From a virus (taxonomy: Duplodnaviria > Heunggongvirae > Uroviricota > Caudoviricetes): a DNA stretch of 64,000 nt. Numbering within the stretch: the first letter of the stretch is position 1; every line of letters begins with the position of its first letter. Location: IMG/VR virus record IMGVR_UViG_3300006204_000001; one strand, written 5' to 3'. Made by a program: the position numbers and the translations under genes. Of this stretch, positions 19,101-27,275 are shown piece after piece. Below the pieces are notes generated by a model. That model searched no databases. It was not told the DNA's origin and saw nothing but the letters and a program-made list of their open reading frames with translations.

Positions 19101-21124
19101 AAATCAAAAATGTGTCATAAATAAATTAGTATCTGATATAAAAACTGTAGAACCGTATTCAACATTAAATCCAGTAGTAGAAATGTCTAAAACACATTCA
19201 ATATCTACTAAAGGTTTCAAAGGTTCTAATTCAGAGCATTCATATGATGAAGAAAAAAGATCATATGATCCATCGGCAGTAGGTAAAATAGCAATAACAA
19301 CATCGGCTAAAGTATTTGCATTGGCCGAATAAAACTTTTTGAATTGCGGGAAACTCCTTAGAGTCATTATTACTAAACTATTTATAGAAATATAGTAGTG
19401 GTCTAGAGTAATTAACTAGAGTATAGTAAAAAGATAATGAATTGGACAATCCGCATTTTTATTTTATAATAATAAAGAAACCAATTATTTGATATCTAAA
19501 GAAATATATAAAAGTATTAAACTCAAACGATCGAAAAAAATAGATTCAATGATATCGAATAATAGACATAAATATAGAAATATTATAAATGAAATTCAAC
19601 GACCATCGAAAGATAATAACTCAGAAGAAATAATAATAGAAGAAACAATTTTATTTGGATATGAGTTAGAATCGAATAGAGTAGATGTATTATTTAATCG
19701 AAGTGAAAAGGATAATAATTTATCATGATATGGTCTATATTTTATTGAATAAATAAAATTATTTAAAGGATGCAAATGTAGGTATTAATAAAAATTTAGT
19801 AGTAGAACCAACACTAGCTAATAGTAGAGGTTATAGAGAACAAGTAGATGATGTTGAAACATTAAAAGATGTAAATTTATTTTCTCCTGTAGAATTATTA
19901 ACTCCAGGAACTATATGTGTAGATGATCCAATTCGTTCTGCTATTGCTGCTAAACAATCAGCCCATGTTGTACCAGTGAACGATTCAATTCCATCATTAG
20001 TTTCAAATGGTTTCGACGAGGCAGTTCAGTTTTATTTATCATCTGATTTTGTTATTAATGCAGATGAGGATGGTAAAGTAATTGATGTAAATGATGAATT
20101 GGGATTTATTATGGTTGAATACAAATCTGGAAAGAAACGTGCTATAAATACAAATCCTGATATAGTACGTAATTTAGCAGGTGGATTTAATCTTGCTAAT
20201 AAATTAACTCCAGTGTATACTAAAGTAGGTCAAAAATTTAAAAAAGATGAACCATTAGCATACCATCCAAAATATTTCCAATATTCTCCTATTAATGGAT
20301 TACGATATTCATTTGGTCCATTAGCAAAAGTAGCTTTTATGTCTACATATAATACATATGAAGATGCAGGATTGACACATGAAAGTTTTTCTGATAGAAT
20401 GGCAACAGATATTGTTTATCAAGAAAAAGGTATGTTTAAACGTAATAACAATATTTTGAGTATGGTTAAAATAGGTGATCATGTTGCTATAGGAGATCCA
20501 TTAATAAAGTTTGATGTATCTGTAGAAGACGATATATTATCTTCATACTTAGTACATTTATCTGATGAAAATGCAGAATTATTAGCTAATGAGACTAAAT
20601 CAGAAATTAAATCATCACATGCAGGAAAAGTAATAGATATAAAAGTATATAGTATATTAGATCCATCTAACTTGTCTCCTTCTTTAGCTAATATAGTACA
20701 AGCATATTTTGATAAAGGAAATATGAAAAAAGAATATTTGGAACAATTTGATGGTACTCCAGGTATTATAAAAGCTGGCTATATGGTTACTGATACTACC
20801 GAGCCAATTAAGAATAGATATAATAGTATTAAAGGAAATAAGGGGGTAGATGTTTTAATAGAAATTTATATAGAACATAAAGATGTGATGGGTGTAGGTG
20901 ATAAGGTTGCATTATATGCAGCTAATAAACAAATTATTTCTGAAGTTATTCCTGAAGGATTTGAACCATATTCAGAAATAGAACCAGATGAGCCTATAGA
21001 TTTATTTACAAGCCCTGGAACAATTGCGAGGAGAATGACTCCAAGTGTAGAACCTATATCTGCCGCATGCAAAGTACTAGTATATCTAAAAAGAAAAATA
21101 AAAAAAGAAATCAAATATTCATAA
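16138..21124 (+). CDS. Multisubunit RNA polymerase beta-like subunit, join(16138..19308,19769..21124), about 1508 aa; probably virion RNAP (phiKZ gp178-like)
   Basis: Beta-type motifs in both exons (DIPKFQDNRFMLINGTRW; spliced ITTSA^DANVGI; YNTYEDAG; GDKVAL...NKQII; TIARRMTPS). Exon 2 is open from 19769, in frame with ORF 19976..21124. The virion assignment is inferred from the long N-terminal extension and from beta N and GDK regions being in one chain. Confidence 0.85.
19309..19768 (+). ncRNA. Group I intron (460 nt, no credible ORF) in RNAP beta
   Basis: P1 UCGGCU/GGCCGA with U.G at the splice site. P10 pairs loop AUUUGCAU with 3' exon AUGCAAAU. P AATTGCGGGAAACTCC, Q AATCCGCA, R TTCAACGACCAT, S GATATGGTC, terminal G at 19768. 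Splicing restores the frame. Confidence 0.9.
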
Positions 21125-21131
21125 TATTATA

Positions 21132-21162
21132 AACAATAGTCCGGAAATTTCGGACTATTGTT
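21132..21162 (+). terminator. Hairpin after RNAP beta
   Basis: AACAATAGTCCG-gaaattt-CGGACTATTGTT. Confidence 0.65.
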
Positions 21163-21303
21163 ACTAAAAGATATGCTAAATATGAAATAACGACAATTGA
21201 TAATAAAACTCATTTCTATCATAATGATGAGAAAGTTTTATTAATACCTGGAATATAAAAATATAACCATGATGAAATAATTAATTTACATGGGCTACAA
21301 TAA

Positions 21304-21340
21304 AAAATAAAGGAGTGGTTTATTTCCACTCCTTTATTTT
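21304..21340. terminator. Bidirectional terminator
   Basis: AAAATAAAGGAGTGG-tttattt-CCACTCCTTTATTTT. Confidence 0.8.
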
Positions 21341-21354
21341 TATTTTTTTGGCTC

Positions 21355-24300
21355 TTAATTATCTGAAAGGATCGCTATAGAAATGTTTTCTAACGCGCTA
21401 AGATCTAATCGAATCGATTGATCCACCCTATTTATGAGCATATTAATAGGACTAAATCCTTCAAATAATTCCCAAAGCTCTTCGAGTGGTAATCCTAATT
21501 CATTCAAAACATCTCCGTCAATTTTTTATTAATTTCTCCACAATTAATTAGTTTTATTAAAAAGTTTTTTAGTATAAACAATGATGTAACAAAATAATAT
21601 TATAGGAGGAATAACTTATGTTAACTACTAATGAACTTTTAAACAATAAAAACACCATTTCTAATTTTTTAATTAATCGACCAATACCAGAAAAATATCG
21701 ATTGACAGTTGATAAGATTCCTTTTGGTTATATCTACTGCATTGAGAATAAATTAACAGGTATGAAATACATAGGTTCTACATACTCAGTATGGGCCGGT
21801 ATACAAAAGCCAAGACCTTATACTTCATTATCAAAACGAGCTTCACATTATTTATATGAATATAACAAAGCTATGAAATCTATTACAGCTGGTAACAAAG
21901 TTACATATAGACCTATTATACAAGCTATGATAGATAATGGTTTTGATAATTTTATTATGTATCCTATTTGTGAAACTACTCCTGCTAGTCATACTGGAAT
22001 GGAAAATTATTTCATAGATATTTATGATACTATTAAAAGTGGCTATAATGTTTCTAGAGCTGGTGTACCAACTGCAACTGGTCGAGTATTAACTGCTAGA
22101 GATAAGCAGATTAGATCAGAAGGTATTATAGCTGTTAATATGAATGATAAAAAACTTGTAGTATCTGAATCCATGAAATTATTAGGTGACTATATTGGTA
22201 CTACTAAAGATCAAATTAAAAATGGTAATCGTAATGGTAAACCAGTAAAAGGTTGGTTTATATTTTATTTAAATCCAGATAAACGACATGAAATATTATT
22301 TAAGAATGTAATCCATGATCAAAATAAGCGTAAACAAGAACGTCATTCTGATAAAGCAAAATCATTTTATATAGGACTATATAATGCAATAGAATTACAT
22401 CTAAATGAAACATATCATAGTGAATATTTTCCTGGTTTTGAAAGATTACCTAATCTGATATATACTGATTAATTATGGAATTATTAATAACATAGACCAT
22501 ATCTTTAGAGGAATATATATGCTACTATATATTCCTCTACTTCTGTTTAGATTTAAGGGGTGCCAATCCCACTTATTTTTCAATAAGCCCTACTCTACTA
22601 ACTATATACATCATATTCATTATAGTTATTTCGATGGTCGTTGAACTCATGTGCGTTTTAATGTGTCTGGAAAACATTTTGGACACAAAGATATTTTCAA
22701 TTCAAACTCTGCAGGTTTTGCCTGAAATTTAGTACCACATGGTTTATGTCTGTATTGTACTATACATTTAGGAGTATATAGTTTATAGTCTGATAATAAC
22801 TCATACTCTTCTGCATGTGGAATCTTTTTCAATTCTCTTAAATACATTTCCTTTGTGATACGTTGTTTTGGTTTGTTAGCTAATGTTGGTCTGTTTCCAG
22901 ATGCATCCAATTCTATGAATGCTTGTTGTTTCTCAGCTAATTTCTTTTTACGTGCAATCTTTTTTAATCCTCTTTCTGATGGGATTAAACTACGTGGTAT
23001 AGGCATATTATATTACCTCCTTTCTATACTATTATAGAATATATATTTAAATTGAAAATATTTTAAACGTACACTTTGCTGCGTCGATTGTATCTAATTA
23101 ATACCTTTTTACTATACCTTGAGATATTGCCTCTTGCCATTATTATATTACTATAATAATTTAGTAGTATTAATATTAACGATAGTTTCCCGCAATTAAA
23201 ATAATTTAAGCAGACCTCGACAGGCATGTTAAGTCTGCATTTAGCGTATTATTCATATACTATTATATTAGTATATCGAGCTTTTAACTCTGCCCTATAT
23301 CTCTATAGGATACTAGACTATATCTTCAATTAATATAATATTAATTGCCATTCATTTCCATAATTTATTTATGTACTCTACTAATTACATATTGTAACTT
23401 TGGATAGTCGTTGAAGCTAGTAATTTTATTTTTCTATCAATTCGTTTAACCATTTCAAAATTTTTATTATTTAAATCTAAATTAAGTATATCTAATATTT
23501 CAGCTTTATCATAACCTGCTAAAAGAAGTTCTTCAACATATAATTTCATATCTTTAGGATATTTTTCTTCTGGTATGTTATATAATTTTGATATATGTTT
23601 CCATCTTCTACCTTTCTTTATATCAGTTATATATTTTCTTTCAACACCAGTTAATTCTGAAATTATATTATTAGGAGTTCTTTGTTCTAGGAGTTTACAT
23701 ACTTCATGGATTTGTTTATCTGTATAATGACTTAAACTATTAGATGATCCAACTATAGCTGTTTTTAGTCCAGTCCTAAATGCATGCAATATATTTTCAG
23801 ATGTAGTAGACCATTCTAAGTTTAAATCTACATTAATATACTTTTTACCATTAATATGATTTACTTCTGGTTTATTATCAGGATTAGGAATAAAAGCTGT
23901 AGCAACAAACCTATGTATTCCTGGATGATATTGGCTACCATTAGGTCTAACTATAGTTGAATGTAAATATCCGTCTTTATCCATATATTTAGATAAAATC
24001 TTTTTAGTTATAGCATTTCTTACATCACCTATATTAGATACTTCATAATTAGTTTTCATACCATCAATTATGATTGGTTTCCATTCGAGATTAACTAAAT
24101 AGATATAATCTCCTATTTCAAAAATATTCATATAAATATCCTCCTGTATATCATATTTATATGAATAATATATAATTACTTTACCTGCGGATTGACTATA
24201 TATCTTTAACCTTTTTACTATACCTTCCACATTACTGGTTGCCACTACTATATCACTATAATAGTTTAGTAGTTAAAGCTCTTAAGCATCCATATATTAT

Positions 24301-25856
24301 ATAGATAGAATTTAGGCAATTCTCTTTCCCGCATAATTGAATGAATAGGCCGCCTTTTGACCTGGCAGGATTGCTGATGGTATTGCTAAACTATAATCAT
24401 CAGAATCTTTCTTTACCTTTCTAATTCGCATCAAAAGAATACTTCCAAATGTTATTGTAGGATTACGATTAATTATAATTTGCGGAGCATCTTCTTTTAT
24501 AACTCTACACATTATATCATATACATATGGATCGAAATTAAATTTTGATGCTAAAAAGTTTTGTGCTCTTGTTATTGTCCATCCTTTATCTTTTATAATT
24601 CTACGTAAAATGTTACCTTTATATATTTCAATAAATTGTTTATATGGTACATCTACTTCATCCATCTTTAAAGATGAATCTAATACAATTACGCTTCTTG
24701 ATGAGTAATTAAACTCGCCACCAAGAACATTTGCCCTAGTCCAACCATGCTTTCCATCAATTAATGAGAAATTTATCTGCCATAATTCATTTGCTCTCAT
24801 TTGAGCTTGATATAAATAAAGAGGTACTTCTATAGCAGTTGCTTTCTTCAAATTAATTGATATATGAGTTAAAGGATGAATATTTTTATCAAGTGGTGAG
24901 AAATAATACAATTATCTTATCTTTATATCTCTATAAACGTTGAGACTATATCTTTATAGAATCTATTATAGTAATCTATATCTTTCGTTTCCATTATATA
25001 TGTACTATACTCATATCATTATTGATATTTTCTATAGTCGTTGAACTATATTCACACAGCTACTGATTATCCCAAACTTATTTGATTTTACTATCCTATA
25101 TCCATTACGATATATGCTAACTTATATTATTACTAATATAATGCAGTTAAATAAGATAAAAGGAACTTCCAGTAATTATGAAAGAAAGAGCTATTATTTT
25201 CAACTCTCAGTTGTTATCCCCTGTGGTCTTAATACAGTAGAATATACAGGTAATTTAGAAGTCCATACTAAATCTTTATCCTGTATTAATGAATCTATTA
25301 ATTCTGCTTTCTGTTTTCTTTTACCTTTATAATAGGTCATAATCTCTTCATAATTTTCATAGAATTCTTGTAAACCTAAATTATGATATTTCAACATAGA
25401 TTTCTTAACTTCTATATCATCATTCTTATGTCTAATAATACCAGCGGATGTAATGATGTTTTCATTAGAGATTATATTCTCTAAAACTTTAGTAGATAAA
25501 GCAGACTTTAACCGGAAGAAAAAAAGCGGATTGATTATTTTAAACGGAGAAAAATTGAGCCACCCTGTATATAGAATATCTACATCACGATGTTCTACAG
25601 GCTCTCCACAAAATATACATTTTTCACCTTCAAACTCAGCTCCTATAGTTCTTCCGCATTTACAACGATATCTATCCATGAATTCATTAGCATCACCATA
25701 TGTAGTTCCATATCTAGGTGATCTAGGTCCATTCATATTTCGAATAGTTTTATCAACATCAGAGAATGGTATATCTGAAATTAAAAATCCTCTGTTATTA
25801 ATAATATCATTATAACATTCTGCCTCTAGATTCATCTTTTTAAATGAAATTCTCAT
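21355..25856 (-). CDS. RNA polymerase beta'-like N-terminal catalytic subunit, join(25856..25203,24908..24360,23244..23232,21521..21355), 460 aa; probably non-virion RNAP (phiKZ gp55-like)
   Basis: Zn finger RCKCG...CIFC, LPVYSTVLRP, GGEFNYSSRSVI, IINRNPT. Splicing yields IPSAILPG^LNADF^DGDVLN, the NADFDGD metal-binding motif. Exon lengths 654+549+13+167=1383 nt keep the frame. Confidence 0.88.
21618..22472 (+). CDS. GIY-YIG homing endonuclease, antisense inside intron P9
   Basis: GYIYCIENKLTGMKYIGST, conserved R (KRASHY), E (MENYFI), N (GYNVS), NUMOD1-like C-terminal segment. Own RBS AGGAGGA. Confidence 0.9.
   Translation: MLTTNELLNNKNTISNFLINRPIPEKYRLTVDKIPFGYIYCIENKLTGMKYIGSTYSVWAGIQKPRPYTSLSKRASHYLYEYNKAMKSITAGNKVTYRPIIQAMIDNGFDNFIMYPICETTPASHTGMENYFIDIYDTIKSGYNVSRAGVPTATGRVLTARDKQIRSEGIIAVNMNDKKLVVSESMKLLGDYIGTTKDQIKNGNRNGKPVKGWFIFYLNPDKRHEILFKNVIHDQNKRKQERHSDKAKSFYIGLYNAIELHLNETYHSEYFPGFERLPNLIYTD
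22647..23006 (-). CDS. Intron-encoded basic Zn-ribbon protein, no nuclease domain seen
   Basis: RBS GAAAGGAGG. YELLSDY...RHKPCGTKF...CPKC resembles Zn-ribbon repeats found in phage homing endonucleases. The stop codon abuts the R element. Confidence 0.7.
   Translation of the reverse strand: MPIPRSLIPSERGLKKIARKKKLAEKQQAFIELDASGNRPTLANKPKQRITKEMYLRELKKIPHAEEYELLSDYKLYTPKCIVQYRHKPCGTKFQAKPAEFELKISLCPKCFPDTLKRT
23245..24359 (-). ncRNA. Group I intron (1115 nt) carrying an HNH endonuclease
   Basis: Exon ends CCAGGU (short P1 AGGU/GCCU). Q AATCCGCAGG, R CTTCAACGACTAT, S GAAGATATAGTC, P9.0 GUAU/AUAC just before terminal G 23245. Confidence 0.88.
23385..24131 (-). CDS. NUMOD4-HNH homing endonuclease (I-HmuI-like)
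   Basis: YEVSNIGDVRN (NUMOD4), HRFVATAFIPNPDNKPEVNHING...NLEWSTTSENILHA. Start moved to ATG 24131 behind AGGAGGA. The 3' end overlaps the intron R element. Confidence 0.9.
   Translation of the reverse strand: MNIFEIGDYIYLVNLEWKPIIIDGMKTNYEVSNIGDVRNAITKKILSKYMDKDGYLHSTIVRPNGSQYHPGIHRFVATAFIPNPDNKPEVNHINGKKYINVDLNLEWSTTSENILHAFRTGLKTAIVGSSNSLSHYTDKQIHEVCKLLEQRTPNNIISELTGVERKYITDIKKGRRWKHISKLYNIPEEKYPKDMKLYVEELLLAGYDKAEILDILNLDLNNKNFEMVKRIDRKIKLLASTTIQSYNM
24909..25202 (-). ncRNA. Group I intron (294 nt, ORF-less)
   Basis: P1 GAGAGU/GCUCUU. P10 UAUUAUUU/AAAUAAUA. P ATTACTGGAAGTTCC, Q ATAATCAGTAGC, R GTTCAACGACTAT, S AAGATATAGTC, terminal G 24909. Splice gives TTES^YYFSP. Confidence 0.9.
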
Positions 25857-25876
25857 TTAATATAAAATCCTCCTTT

Positions 25877-26335
25877 TTATTTAAATATTTTATTTAAAAT
25901 TACTATTATAATTCTAATTAGTAGAATAATAGCAAATAATAAATAACCAATTTGAAACATAAATGAAAATACTTTTTCAAGAATTATCTTAAATGTATTT
26001 AAATTCGGATAATCAATACATGCATAATTTACTAATATTGACATAAAATATGATTCCATTGATATTATTAAAAAGATAAATGATAATTTTGACATTGGGT
26101 GTTTTAAAAACTTATCAATGAAATATGTTAATATTGTGCCTGAAAAAGATATTGGTAATAATAACGATATTGTTTTAAAGATATTATGATCAACCCCGAA
26201 CATAATATTAGCAATTAATAAAGAAAATATACTAACTAATATAAATTCTTTCCATCTTATATATTTCATAATATCAACAATATCGTCTATTATTATAGTA
26301 AACCTATTATTTTCTTTTTTATTCTTTATTTTCAA
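25877..26335 (-). CDS. Multi-pass membrane protein
   Basis: About four hydrophobic segments. TTG 26335 behind AAGGAG is preferred because the longer ORF start spans a terminator. Confidence 0.65.
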   Translation of the reverse strand: MKIKNKKENNRFTIIIDDIVDIMKYIRWKEFILVSIFSLLIANIMFGVDHNIFKTISLLLPISFSGTILTYFIDKFLKHPMSKLSFIFLIISMESYFMSILVNYACIDYPNLNTFKIILEKVFSFMFQIGYLLFAIILLIRIIIVILNKIFK

Positions 26336-26360
26336 TTTTTTAAATCTCCTTTCAATAAAT

Positions 26361-26395
26361 AATGATATTGGGAGTAAATTACTCCCAATATCATT
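26361..26395. terminator. Near-perfect palindrome, probable terminator
   Basis: AATGATATTGGGAGTAA-a-TTACTCCCAATATCATT just after the stop of 26400..26603. Confidence 0.7.
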
Positions 26396-26399
26396 TATC

Positions 26400-26603
26400 T
26401 TATATTTTACATTCAATTATAGAATTATCATTCTTATTAATGAATATCAGATAATGTGTCTTAATTGTATCACGTGATAAAGAACCACCTCTGTATTGTT
26501 CAGTCTTTGATTTCAGATACAAATAATCATCTGGATTATATCCATTAATATTTAATATGTTTCTTTGTGATCTTGTAGGTTTTGTTCCTCTATATCTTGA
26601 CAC
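26400..26603 (-). CDS. Small hypothetical protein
   Basis: 67 aa, RBS AGGAGGA. Confidence 0.65.
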   Translation of the reverse strand: MSRYRGTKPTRSQRNILNINGYNPDDYLYLKSKTEQYRGGSLSRDTIKTHYLIFINKNDNSIIECKI

Positions 26604-26621
26604 TTATTTTTTCCTCCTATG

Positions 26622-27257
26622 TTAAATGTATATTGAAAAGCATAATTTTATTATAGCAGCATCCCATAATGAATTATGTTTAAGAATTTTGCCATCTTCT
26701 CTTTTTAGAATAGATGGTACAAGATCTTCCAGTTGGCAACATACATGTTCTTTAGCAAATTCTTCACGTGAATAATCAGCATCTTCATATTTACTTTTGA
26801 ACTGCAATAATGTTGATAAATCCATCGGTATATAATAGATTTCATCTGGCAAATTAATAGCTAAACCATCTTTACATAATAATTTATTCATTAACATCCA
26901 ATCATATGCATAACAATCTGAACAAAATTGTACTTTATCAGCAGATGTTATTATTAATTGGCTATGAATCCATTTCATTAATATATCTGCTATTTCTGTT
27001 GATGATCCTTTCATTTGTATTGATGTATTTATCTTATCAGGATAATCATTTGTAAATATAAATTTACTATCATTAATAAATAAAAGGTTATCAATTACAT
27101 GTTTCTCAATCCATTCATCAATTTGTTCCTTATCATAGTCTATGAACTCTGCATAAAAGTATGCTCCTGTTTCGCTAACTATACCTAAACTGATTAATGT
27201 TGTTTCTGAATGTAATCCAGTAAATTCAGTATCAAAATATAATTTACAAAGTTTCAT
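26622..27257 (-). CDS. DEDDh 3'-5' exonuclease (Rv2179c-like exoribonuclease family)
   Basis: LYFDTEFTGL, YFYAE, DCYAYDW, HNSLWDA. Confidence 0.8.
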   Translation of the reverse strand: MKLCKLYFDTEFTGLHSETTLISLGIVSETGAYFYAEFIDYDKEQIDEWIEKHVIDNLLFINDSKFIFTNDYPDKINTSIQMKGSSTEIADILMKWIHSQLIITSADKVQFCSDCYAYDWMLMNKLLCKDGLAINLPDEIYYIPMDLSTLLQFKSKYEDADYSREEFAKEHVCCQLEDLVPSILKREDGKILKHNSLWDAAIIKLCFSIYI

Positions 27258-27275
27258 ATTACATAACTCCTTTCA

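Larger units (their letters stand above)
21522..23231 (-). ncRNA. Group I intron (1710 nt) inside the Phe codon of DFDGD, two ORFs, apparent terminal A
   Basis: P1 GCAGACU/GGUCUGC. P10 UUGACGG/CUGUCGA in exact register. P AATTGCGGGAAACT, R GTTCAACGACCAT, S AAGATATGGTC. A long P9 stem (ttattaat..tccataattaat / attaattgtgga..attaataa) closes around the GIY-YIG gene. Confidence 0.85.

Noticed and set aside
19489-19728. 79-aa ORF inside the beta intron
   Set aside because: TTG start without an RBS, runs through the R and S core elements, no nuclease motif; probably incidental.
21166-21303. Open-looking frame with one in-frame TAA (stop-codon recoding or pseudogene)
   Set aside because: Too short and without a start or RBS. 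All long genes read cleanly in code 11, so there is no evidence of recoding.
24132-24245. N-terminal 38 codons of the tracked HNH ORF
   Set aside because: They are intron P5/Q sequence. The RBS-supported start is ATG 24131.
24312-24359. C-terminal tail QKAAYSFNYAGKRIA of ORF 24312..24911 (similarly KVFALAE at 19309..19332 and the tail at 28539..28581)
   Set aside because: Read-through into intron sequence, not part of the spliced proteins.
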